From an uncultured Gammaproteobacteria bacterium (GTDB lineage Bacteria > Patescibacteriota > Microgenomatia > Levybacterales > GWA1-39-11), in the NCBI GenBank assembly GCA_964427615.1, contig CAYRUR010000001.1, positions 119,303 to 183,302 of the forward strand: a DNA stretch of 64,000 bases. Reading direction: 5' to 3'. Shown here one piece after another: positions 26,259 to 34,618 of this stretch (position 1 is its first letter; the number at the start of each line of letters is the position of its first letter). A program made the position numbers and the translations under genes. A model generated the notes under the pieces. That model did not search any database and was not told the origin of the DNA. It was given only the letters and a program-made list of their open reading frames with translations.

Positions 26259-28658
26259 TTATGATCTTTTCATGCCTGGTGGAAGTTCTCCTGAATCATT
26301 ATCTTCTAAGGCTTCAAACATGCGGGAGCGTCTTGCAATATCTGCTCCGACTAGCTCTTTTGGTTTGCCATATTTAAGGCGGGAGAGTTCCCTGACTAGT
26401 TCTGCAATGCGTGGATTATCAAGTTTTTTCTCTTCTTCCATGTTTCTTGTGAAATCAACAGAAAATGGTAGAGCTGGTTCACCATCAATCAATGTTCTCA
26501 TATAGGCATGGTATCGTTCTATATTGATAAGGTCTGCTTCTGAAAAAGTAGGCTGGAATTCATGCTGTAAGTAGTTGGCATCAGTTACTCCTACGCGGAA
26601 GGAAACGATTGTTCCTACATTACCAAAGATAGCATTTTTTACTTCTTCTTCCATTTGTCCGATAAATTGGTTGGCTACAATCAGATTAAGACGGTATTTT
26701 CTAGCCTCAGAAAGAATTTGGGCAAAGTCAGGGGTGGCAAAGTTTTGGAACTCATCTACATATAGATAAAAATCTTTTCTTTGGCTCATAGGTATATCTT
26801 GTCGAGACATAGCAGCAATTAAAATACGAGGTACTAAAATAAGTCCTAAGAAGCTGGAGTTTTCTTCTCCAATTTTTCCTTTGGCAAGATTGACTAACAG
26901 AATTTTTTGCTGATCCATGACTTCACGGAAATTAAATGCACTTTGGCCTTGTCCTATGATATTACGCATCATGGTATTGGTAACAAATCGTCCGAATTTG
27001 GAAGTAATGTAATCCAGTGTTTCTGATTTATGGAAGTCGTTCGTTTGGGCAATTTGATCTGTCCAGTAACGCCTGATAATTGGGTCTTGAACTTTTGGCA
27101 ACAGTTCTTGTACAAAAGAAGAGTCAGTGAGGGCACGCATTACTTCTACCAAAGTATTCCCCTTTTCTGCCATAACGGTTAACATTGCGTTGCGTACTGC
27201 GTGTTCAAATCGAGGACCCACGATACCGGTCTTATGAGGATCAAAAAGCTTGTACATCAAGCCAATAATAGAGGATACGACAAAGTGTTTTTGCTCTTCA
27301 TCTGTTGCCTCAAGCATATTCAGTCCCATAGGTCTTTGCGTATCAGAAGGGTCAAAAAGAATAACATCCTCAGCTCTTTCCGGTGGAATACGCAGGAGCA
27401 CGTCATCTATCAAGTCTCCGTGTGGGTCAATAGCAGCTATTCCTTTGCCATTTTGGATATCCTGCAGGATCATAGATTTTAACAGTTCTGATTTTCCGAC
27501 ACCTGTTTTTCCAATAATATACATATGTCTTCTCCTGTCATCATCACTCATGTAAATTTGCCTTTCCATGCCTCTATAAGTGCTTTTTCCAATATAGAGT
27601 CCTGAAGTAGGGATGTTAGCAGGTGCAGGTGCACTTCTGGCTGCCAGCCAGTGAATCTGAGAGTTTTCAACGCTTTTATTAGGCAAATGGAAGAGGGTGG
27701 CAAGCTCTTCAGTATTCAGTACGGAACCAGCTCCTACCAGTGGAAGATAGCGGTAAATAAAATCAATCATAAATAACCCTTTGAAAAAACGGATTTTATC
27801 TCTCTCAAATGAGTTATAAGAAGCAAATTGGGCAAAGGCACTTTCAATGTTGGATAAGTGCATATCAGCAGCATCTTTGGTAGAAGAGGAGACTACAATA
27901 CGAATATAGGTGTTAAATCCAGGTTTGGTGATTTTCTGCTCAATTGCTTCTAGCTCTTTTTGATCTGTTGAGTATTTGGCAGTTTCAGGGTCCGCCTCTT
28001 TTTTCTTCGTACTTGAGATGTAGGCTCTCCCTGCTTTTCTCCAGCCAGAACCAGCAGGTGTTATGACGAATTGAATAACAGCTCCTTCTCCTTCCTGCAT
28101 CTTACTTAAGGTGCTGGTAATCATAGAAAGAGGGTCTACTGCTAGATCTTTGTAAGTCTTCAAAGGTTTATAAGAGGCTTCTTCTAATTTCAAACCAGCA
28201 TAGGCTACAGCCCCATTCTCACTAAAAATATTATATTCTTCAACTTCTTTGATAAGCGCATCAGGGTAGGAACCATGAATTTGTTTTTCTACCATGTCCT
28301 TGATATGGCGTGGGACACTAACATGAAAGCGAATATCACCAGGTCGTGCTACTATCTCAAAAGCAATACTGTCAGGAATTTTGAAAAAGGCAAGCCTTCC
28401 TTTTGCGGTCTTTAAAGAGGTAAGACCCGCAAATAGCTGCTCTGCTGCATCAATTTTGATTTCATTTTCTCGGGGCAAGGCGATTTCTAAGAGAACTGAG
28501 TTGAGTGATTTTTTATGCCTTGCATTATTTTTGCGCCAAAGCCCAAATAAAAAAGCAAGACCTACCAGAGAAAACACAACTAAAGAAGAGATAAAAATCC
28601 CGAGTAAAAAGAGTAGTAAAAAGTCGATTATGCCGGTTCCAAACGCATCAATTTGCAT
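26259..28658 (-). CDS. Type IV secretion/conjugation-type ATPase (VirD4/TraG coupling-protein-like or VirB4-like) with an N-terminal transmembrane anchor
   Basis: N-terminal transmembrane helices. Walker A IIGKTGVGKS is followed ~25 aa later by AAIDPHGDL, the DP[KHN]GD motif of TrwB/VirD4/VirB4 ATPases. Walker B FYLYVDEFQNF. Length 799 aa. Confidence 0.65.
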   Translation of the reverse strand: MQIDAFGTGIIDFLLLFLLGIFISSLVVFSLVGLAFLFGLWRKNNARHKKSLNSVLLEIALPRENEIKIDAAEQLFAGLTSLKTAKGRLAFFKIPDSIAFEIVARPGDIRFHVSVPRHIKDMVEKQIHGSYPDALIKEVEEYNIFSENGAVAYAGLKLEEASYKPLKTYKDLAVDPLSMITSTLSKMQEGEGAVIQFVITPAGSGWRKAGRAYISSTKKKEADPETAKYSTDQKELEAIEQKITKPGFNTYIRIVVSSSTKDAADMHLSNIESAFAQFASYNSFERDKIRFFKGLFMIDFIYRYLPLVGAGSVLNTEELATLFHLPNKSVENSQIHWLAARSAPAPANIPTSGLYIGKSTYRGMERQIYMSDDDRRRHMYIIGKTGVGKSELLKSMILQDIQNGKGIAAIDPHGDLIDDVLLRIPPERAEDVILFDPSDTQRPMGLNMLEATDEEQKHFVVSSIIGLMYKLFDPHKTGIVGPRFEHAVRNAMLTVMAEKGNTLVEVMRALTDSSFVQELLPKVQDPIIRRYWTDQIAQTNDFHKSETLDYITSKFGRFVTNTMMRNIIGQGQSAFNFREVMDQQKILLVNLAKGKIGEENSSFLGLILVPRILIAAMSRQDIPMSQRKDFYLYVDEFQNFATPDFAQILSEARKYRLNLIVANQFIGQMEEEVKNAIFGNVGTIVSFRVGVTDANYLQHEFQPTFSEADLINIERYHAYMRTLIDGEPALPFSVDFTRNMEEEKKLDNPRIAELVRELSRLKYGKPKELVGADIARRSRMFEALEDNDSGELPPGMKRS

Positions 28659-29037
28659 GAATAATTCCTCCTCTCATTTCTTGAGCACGTTCATCAGTTA
28701 TTTTTATCCATTCTCCACTTTCGTTGGTGTTGAATATACGTAAAAGGCTAACTGCTTCCATGAAAAGTCCACCAAGAGTATGTCTGGCAGGAGCCATTGT
28801 TTGAGCTTTTCGTTTTACCTGAATTATTTGTGGGTTTTTAATAATTTCTTGAGGTAGTACTGCAGGTCCAGAATGTGTTAAAGGCGTTTTGCCACCTGTT
28901 TCTGCAAAGTGTTTGTTTATCACTTCTTGACCGGCTTCTTCATCAGGAAATATGCCTGCTTTTTTTAATTCAGGATCAACAGGTAGAACCTCCGTAACAG
29001 GAGCTATATATTGAGTATTTTCAACTTCATTATGCAT
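28648..29037 (-). CDS. Hypothetical protein, probably co-transcribed with the ATPase (11-nt overlap)
   Basis: 129-aa ORF with no motif recognised. Confidence 0.4.
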   Translation of the reverse strand: MHNEVENTQYIAPVTEVLPVDPELKKAGIFPDEEAGQEVINKHFAETGGKTPLTHSGPAVLPQEIIKNPQIIQVKRKAQTMAPARHTLGGLFMEAVSLLRIFNTNESGEWIKITDERAQEMRGGIIHAN

Positions 29038-29238
29038 AGTTTCATGATATCAAAATAGACCTTGCACTACAATCAATTCAGGTAGTTTGTGAGGCTGTTG
29101 TGAGGTACTTGAAAGGTACAAAACAAAAAGAAGGGAAAAGAGAAGAATTTTATTATATTTGGTATAATAGGGGTCGTTTACGAGATCTTTGGAGGAGTCG
29201 TCCTTACAGGACTTCTCACTTACTAAGAATCAATCAAT

Positions 29239-29328
29239 GGAGGAGTCGCATAGCTGGTCCATTGCGGGGGTTTGCTAAACCCCTGAGCCTTTTGGCTCGC
29301 GCAGGTTCGAATCCTGTCTCCTCCGCCA
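29239..29328 (+). tRNA. tRNA-Ser (anticodon GCU) with long variable arm, CCA encoded
   Basis: GGAGGAG...anticodon stem GGGGU/ACCCC with loop UUGCUAA...variable arm UGAGCCUUUUGGCUCGC...GCAGG-UUCGAAU-CCUGU-CUCCUCC-G-CCA. Confidence 0.8.
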
Positions 29329-29373
29329 AAATTGTTTTTTTGGTTTTAACATCTATAAAGCTCTTATACGAGG

Positions 29374-30147
29374 TTATTTAGATGAAGCGTTAAAAAGTTC
29401 TATAAGCTTAGTTTGTTCTTTCATTTTGAGCAAATCATTCATATTATTAATAATACTTCTTTGCTGTAGTTTTGGATTACTAAAGCCTATTTTTTTACAA
29501 AAAATATCTATATCTTTATCATTACTAATATAAAGGGAGTTTTTTAATGAAAGGGTAGGTCTGATCCCAAGGCTCAAAAGAGAATCTCTAACAAACAAAA
29601 TAAGTTCTTTATTATAATTTCTAAAATTTAACTGTTTGTAGAGAGAGGTTCCTTTCTTACTTCTGTAATCTTTGAAGGAAATTGATCCTTCAGTATCAAA
29701 AAGTCCTCTTATGCAAGCACTTCTGTATTCTTCTTTAGAATAAATCCAAGAGGGCACTGTTTTTCTTTTGGGTATTATTCCCATATTAAGTAAAAATTCT
29801 GCAACTATTTTTGAGCTTATTCTTATATCTGTCGCATTTTCTTTTTTTCTCTTTATGAGAGAAATTTTAATTTCCGGAAATAATGTACTTATTAAATTTA
29901 CAACATAAGGGATATACTGCTTGTCTGCTTCTGAATTAAGGGTTATCGCAATTTGGTAAGGAGAAACGTACCCATCTCCTAAACAAATACCAACAAGCTC
30001 AGCTAAACGAGTACTCACACTAGGAAGTAAAACATTTTTTAACCCATTTTTATTAAAGTTATTCGCACACTTTAGTGAACAAAACTTGTATTTCCTTTCT
30101 CGCTTTCTGAATTCTTTCTTGCAAAAAGTACATTGTCCTAGTATCAT
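29374..30147 (-). CDS. Free-standing double-motif LAGLIDADG homing-endonuclease-like protein with an N-terminal Cys4 zinc finger
   Basis: Two LAGLIDADG-type motifs (LVGICLGDGYVS and IRGLFDTEGSIS) about 100 aa apart. N-terminal CTFC...CSLKC. Confidence 0.7.
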   Translation of the reverse strand: MILGQCTFCKKEFRKRERKYKFCSLKCANNFNKNGLKNVLLPSVSTRLAELVGICLGDGYVSPYQIAITLNSEADKQYIPYVVNLISTLFPEIKISLIKRKKENATDIRISSKIVAEFLLNMGIIPKRKTVPSWIYSKEEYRSACIRGLFDTEGSISFKDYRSKKGTSLYKQLNFRNYNKELILFVRDSLLSLGIRPTLSLKNSLYISNDKDIDIFCKKIGFSNPKLQQRSIINNMNDLLKMKEQTKLIELFNASSK

Positions 30148-30218
30148 ACACTAAACCACCCTGCAATAAGTATACAGATTATTATTTTTGTTTACAATTT
30201 GTTACAATAATTGGACTC

Positions 30219-30305
30219 GGAGAGGTGCTGGAGTGGACGATCAGGAAGGTCTTGAAAACCTTTGTGGGTGCAAGCTCACCGTGGGTTCGAATCCCACCCT
30301 CTCCG
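30219..30305 (+). tRNA. tRNA-Ser (anticodon UGA) with long variable arm
   Basis: GGAGAGG...anticodon stem AAGGU/ACCUU with loop CUUGAAA...variable arm UGUGGGUGCAAGCUCACCG...GUGGG-UUCGAAU-CCCAC-CCUCUCC-G. Confidence 0.8.
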
Positions 30306-30332
30306 CATAGGTGATATAGGTAAACGCCTTAT

Positions 30333-30902
30333 ATGCAAAAAGTTCCTAAAAAAATCTCCTCAAAAGAAATTTATTCCAATACTTATTTGTCTGTAAAAGT
30401 AGATACACTTGAGTCTGAAGGGTATGTGTGGGAGCAGGCTTATTTTACCAAACCCAACAAAGATAGTGTAGTCATTATTGCCACAGATAGAAAAGGTGTT
30501 TATTTAATTCATCAATATCGCTATGCATCGGCAAAGTACTTTTGGCAGCTTCCTGCAGGGATGATAGAAATGGGAAAATCAGAGATTGATGCAGCTCAGG
30601 CAGAGCTAAAGGAAGAAGCAGGCATCAAAGCTCAAAAATGGAAAAAAATAGGCTCTTTTAATGCAGAGCCGGGTATGAGCAACCAAATGGCACACGTTTT
30701 TGTGGCAGAAGGGCTTACTAAAGGAAAAAAAGAGCTATCTCCAACAGAAAAGGGGATAGAGGTGGTCTATTTTCCATTTGAAAAGATTCAGGAGATGATC
30801 CAAAAAGGGGAAATAGAGTGTGGATTTACGCTTAGTAGTCTTCTTTTGTTTCAGAATAATTATTTGCAAAACCTTCATTTAGGTAAAAATAACAGGAGCT
30901 GA
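30333..30902 (+). CDS. NUDIX hydrolase (ADP-ribose pyrophosphatase-like)
   Basis: Nudix box GMIEMGKSEIDAAQAELKEEAGI (GX5EX7REUXEEXGU). Confidence 0.8.
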   Translation: MQKVPKKISSKEIYSNTYLSVKVDTLESEGYVWEQAYFTKPNKDSVVIIATDRKGVYLIHQYRYASAKYFWQLPAGMIEMGKSEIDAAQAELKEEAGIKAQKWKKIGSFNAEPGMSNQMAHVFVAEGLTKGKKELSPTEKGIEVVYFPFEKIQEMIQKGEIECGFTLSSLLLFQNNYLQNLHLGKNNRS

Positions 30903-31343
30903 GTAGGGAGGAGAGTGGTGGAAGAGGAGTATATTTTGCCTTTTAGGGTATCACTGAAACTTGTTTTGTACCTAGTTTCACTAAAAATTGGAAAAAATGA
31001 AAAAAAGTCGAAACTATATCCCCCTGCCTATGTCGCACAATATAGACTAAAAAATGGTACTCTGGCTTTTTTGCCTCAAAATACCTTTTCTTTTCACGAA
31101 TGTGGAAAACTTTAGTTGATACTTTTCACAGCATATAATATACACAGGTATAAAAAGAAAGAAAAAGATACAGATAGGAGTATGTTAGTGATAAGCATGT
31201 TATCTTTTTTGTTTTTTTAGATGTTTTAAAAGGACAATAAATAATTTGTTTTTTATAAAAATAATAGTAGTAGAAGAAAATTAAAACAAAGATCTCTACC
31301 CTCTACTCTTTCTTTTCTTGCCAAAAATTTGTCATAATGGTAA

Positions 31344-32180
31344 TTGATGCAGAGACCAATATTTGTGATTAAAAAGTCAGGTGACAGAGAACCATTTTCA
31401 GAGGAGAAGGTGATGCGCTCTATGCAACGGGCAGGGTTGCCGAGCCATTTATACGATACTGTTCTTGCCCACATTAAAAGTAAGCTCCATCCTGACATTG
31501 AAACTGCAGAGATTTTTGCACATATCCAGGAGTATCTGGAAAAAGAGGATAAGCCCTCCTCTCTTCGTTTTAATCTCAAAAGAGCTATTTTTGAATTAGG
31601 ACCTACAGGATTTCCTTTTGAGGTGTATATTAGCAAAGTATTTACTTCACAAGGATATAACTGTGAGGTGGGACTCATATTGCAAGGAGACTGTGTAAAG
31701 CATGAGGTGGACTTGTTGATAGAAAAGGATGGAAACAAAGAGATTATGGAAGCAAAATTTCATAACCAGCAAGGGACCAAAACTGATGTGCAAGTAGCAC
31801 TCTACACTCACGCTCGATTTTTAGATTTAAAAAATCAACATGATTTGTCCGGTGTATGGATTGTTACTAATACAAAGCTAACGGAGGATGCTACGCAATA
31901 TGCTCGATGTAAAGGGGTGAAAATGATTGGTTGGAATTATCCTGCAAAAGGGAATTTACAAGACTTTGTGGAAAACCCACAGATGTATCCAATAACGATT
32001 CTGGACAGTTTGACATTGGATGAAAAAAGAAAGTTATTGGAAGAAGATATTGTGTTATGTAAGGACTTGGCAGAAGCGCCTGATTATATTTTATATGAGA
32101 AACTGTTGCTGGATAAAAAAAGAATGGAATATGCCAAAGAACATGCTCGAATGATCTACGCTACTCCTCAACTCGCCTGA
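31344..32180 (+). CDS. ATP-cone domain protein fused to a restriction-endonuclease-like (Mrr-type) C-terminal domain
   Basis: The N-terminal ~90 aa (IFVIKKSGDREPFSEEKVMRSMQRAGL...) look like an ATP-cone. The C-terminal region has a PD-(D/E)xK-like core (VDLLIEKDGNKEIMEAKFH...). Domain calls were made by eye only. Confidence 0.45.
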   Translation: MMQRPIFVIKKSGDREPFSEEKVMRSMQRAGLPSHLYDTVLAHIKSKLHPDIETAEIFAHIQEYLEKEDKPSSLRFNLKRAIFELGPTGFPFEVYISKVFTSQGYNCEVGLILQGDCVKHEVDLLIEKDGNKEIMEAKFHNQQGTKTDVQVALYTHARFLDLKNQHDLSGVWIVTNTKLTEDATQYARCKGVKMIGWNYPAKGNLQDFVENPQMYPITILDSLTLDEKRKLLEEDIVLCKDLAEAPDYILYEKLLLDKKRMEYAKEHARMIYATPQLA

Positions 32181-32189
32181 TCATCAATT

Positions 32190-33578
32190 TTACTTATAAC
32201 AGGAAAATACGTTAATTCTATTGGTAACTCCTTCTGCTTGTATTGGTACAGAATCTAAAAGTTCACATTCCTTAAGAATCTTGTGCTTATCAACAATTTC
32301 ATCTAACACAAACTCTTGGACGTTATATTGAGGATAAAAGGCACCGTGTGTAATAATTACTGTCTTTTTTTGTAGCGCATCTGTGGTAAGCGTGGAGGCA
32401 TTCAAAAATCCTTTTCTAAAAATATTAGTATTGGTATCAACTATATTGTTTAACAGCGGGGTATTGGTAAGGTAAGCCAGAGCAGGCGTAATATCATTGG
32501 GTCCGTATAAAAAGGAAGGTTCTGCTTTTTGTATAGATTTTTTTAAATCTTCTATATGCTCTACTCTTTGTAATGTGTGAAAGCCTGAAAAATAGGAAAA
32601 AAGATTGATGCAGACAAAAAAGAGAATAAGTGTGGGAACGATTCCTGATTGTATCGGTATTTTTCGGTGAATTGAGGTATGCAGTGAGGCATAAGAGAGC
32701 GCCAGAAAAGGTACAGCAAAATTGAGATACAAATAATAGATGTCCTGATATGCAAAGAAAAAAGTAATGCCAAATAGTGCAGCTAATCCAAAAAAGAGTT
32801 GTTTGCGAATGAGAAAAATGCTCCAGACGAGTAAAAGAAAAAGCAAGATATCATGAAAAATAAAAAACTGTCCGATATCCCACTTAGGAATACCAGCTCC
32901 TCTCGTAAGTGAGTAAGCAAACACATCGGTTAGAAAATCATTTCTGGCAAAGAGAAGAGATGGGGTAAGTACAACGAGTATTGTAGCGAGCATGCTGATG
33001 GATAAAAAGAGAAAAGGTTTTATTTTTTTCTGCAAAAGCAGTGCAACAAAAAAAGCAAAAGCCACAGGTAGAAAATAGGCTTTTATCATGAGGGTTAACC
33101 CTAGAAAAACACCTGCAAAGATGTATCGTTTTGTATCAAACAATATAAAAGCCAAGACAGCACACAGGGAGGCAATAAAAACGCCTGTTTGGTGGTCTGT
33201 AGTTGATAGGACAAGAAAAGAAAACAAGTACACTACTCCACTTAAGGTGGCAGGTATATACTGTCTGGTTTTATAAAGGGTATAGCCAGAGATAAGCGTT
33301 CCGGTAATGATAGCTTCCAAAGCAGGGGTAAGAAAAAAGAGGTTCAAATTGCCTTGCAGTAAAAAGACATAAAAAGCAGAAATATAAGCAAATAGAGGGA
33401 AGTTAGTAAAGAAAATATCTCTGTAGAGCATATTGCCTTGCAGAAGCTCGTAGCCTGTGTACCAGTAAATGTTGGAGTCTGAAAGTCTGATGCCAAATGT
33501 TGAAAGTTTTATCAAGAAAAAGAGAAGGACAAAAAGGAAAAAGGGAATAATTTTGGGGGTGGACAGTAGTTTTAGCAT
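32190..33578 (-). CDS. Polytopic membrane protein, GT-C-like glycosyltransferase (ArnT/PMT-like) candidate
   Basis: At least 10 transmembrane helices, an early extracytoplasmic loop, and a C-terminal soluble domain. No strong motif was seen. Confidence 0.35.
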   Translation of the reverse strand: MLKLLSTPKIIPFFLFVLLFFLIKLSTFGIRLSDSNIYWYTGYELLQGNMLYRDIFFTNFPLFAYISAFYVFLLQGNLNLFFLTPALEAIITGTLISGYTLYKTRQYIPATLSGVVYLFSFLVLSTTDHQTGVFIASLCAVLAFILFDTKRYIFAGVFLGLTLMIKAYFLPVAFAFFVALLLQKKIKPFLFLSISMLATILVVLTPSLLFARNDFLTDVFAYSLTRGAGIPKWDIGQFFIFHDILLFLLLVWSIFLIRKQLFFGLAALFGITFFFAYQDIYYLYLNFAVPFLALSYASLHTSIHRKIPIQSGIVPTLILFFVCINLFSYFSGFHTLQRVEHIEDLKKSIQKAEPSFLYGPNDITPALAYLTNTPLLNNIVDTNTNIFRKGFLNASTLTTDALQKKTVIITHGAFYPQYNVQEFVLDEIVDKHKILKECELLDSVPIQAEGVTNRINVFSCYK

Positions 33579-33580
33579 AT

Positions 33581-34618
33581 TTACTTTTTAAGCCGTAGAA
33601 GTATCCACCGCAGCTTATCCGCTACTTTATATGCTTGATACAAGGCAGGGTTAATTACTAGATCAAAGCTGCCGACGAATTCAGTCAGTTCTCCGCCATA
33701 CCCTTCCTTAAACCGATGAAATCCATACCAGGGGTCCTTTTTATCAGGATCAGGACTCAGCGCACCCCACATGTCAAACTGCTGTAGCTGCATGCTTCTG
33801 CCAAAACGTATTGCTTCCCATGCTATGAGATTAGAGGCCATTAGTTCTCTGTGTTCACTGCTTGAGGCACCATAAGGATAGTACAGCATGTCTTTAAAAG
33901 CAAAAAGTACCCATGAGACAAGTGTTTTTGTCTTTCCTGATTCATCTTTAAAGCGAGCATGAAACAAATGGTAAGTAAGGCTTTTAGTGTTGATATCATT
34001 GGAAAGTGTCTTCCAGAGTGTTTTATGGTAAGTAGGCGTGTGGGCATAAAATTTTTGCCGTGTAGTGGTTTCTTGCGTAAGGCGCATATACTCGGCAAAG
34101 GCTTTTTCAGAATTATCTTCCTCTACATACACCCCTTTGCGCTGTGCAAGACGAATGTTATAACGTGTTTTTGAATGCATGTTTTTGAGTAATGTCTCTT
34201 CATCAGGACTGATATCAAGGATAAATGTAAATTGGGTGAAAAGTGGATGAAAAGAAGGTCTGAGACTGTATTTTTTGTACCAGTTCTTACTTGTGTTTTT
34301 TTTGATAACATTGGGTTCTAGCTGGATAAAAATACAACGATGTTCTTTGGCAATGTCTTTGAGTGTTTGGATTAGTTTTTTAGAAGGCAGATTTCCTTTG
34401 GGTAAATAGCCTACGGTAAAAGGAGTATGAGGAATACGGTGAATGGTAATCGTAAAAGCTTCGGTTAACGCTTCGTTTTCAACTATTCCTTTGCGTATTA
34501 CGGTAACACCTGTTTTTTTTCTAAACTCTCCCCACTCAAATGATTGCAATGGGTGATTAACCACTGCATTATATGCTTCTTTTTCAGCTGCTGTAATATC
34601 AATAACACCGTTGACCAT
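33581..34618 (-). CDS. FemAB-family (GNAT-fold) peptidyl/aminoacyl-transferase-like protein
   Basis: N-terminal QSFEWGEF, and C-terminal DMLYYPYGASSSEHRELMASNLIAWEAIRFGRSMQLQQFDMWGA matching the FemABX pattern (YYxYGAS..E.R.L.A..L..WEAI.....G...YDFxG). Confidence 0.55.
   Translation of the reverse strand: MVNGVIDITAAEKEAYNAVVNHPLQSFEWGEFRKKTGVTVIRKGIVENEALTEAFTITIHRIPHTPFTVGYLPKGNLPSKKLIQTLKDIAKEHRCIFIQLEPNVIKKNTSKNWYKKYSLRPSFHPLFTQFTFILDISPDEETLLKNMHSKTRYNIRLAQRKGVYVEEDNSEKAFAEYMRLTQETTTRQKFYAHTPTYHKTLWKTLSNDINTKSLTYHLFHARFKDESGKTKTLVSWVLFAFKDMLYYPYGASSSEHRELMASNLIAWEAIRFGRSMQLQQFDMWGALSPDPDKKDPWYGFHRFKEGYGGELTEFVGSFDLVINPALYQAYKVADKLRWILLRLKK

Noticed and set aside
29100-29381. 93-aa plus-strand ORF
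   Set aside because: It reads straight through the tRNA-Ser(GCU) gene and its putative promoter. It is a translation artefact of a tRNA locus.
30903-31343. 440-bp AT-rich intergenic region searched for CRISPR repeats, a small RNA or a mobile-element end
   Set aside because: There is only a weak 7-bp imperfect palindrome (cactgaaact/agtttcactaa). No direct-repeat periodicity, no tRNA-like fold and no convincing -35/-10 pair were found.
31253-31738. 161-aa minus-strand ORF
   Set aside because: It overlaps the better-supported plus-strand ATP-cone gene across an AT-rich intergenic region. The product is low-complexity with no motif.
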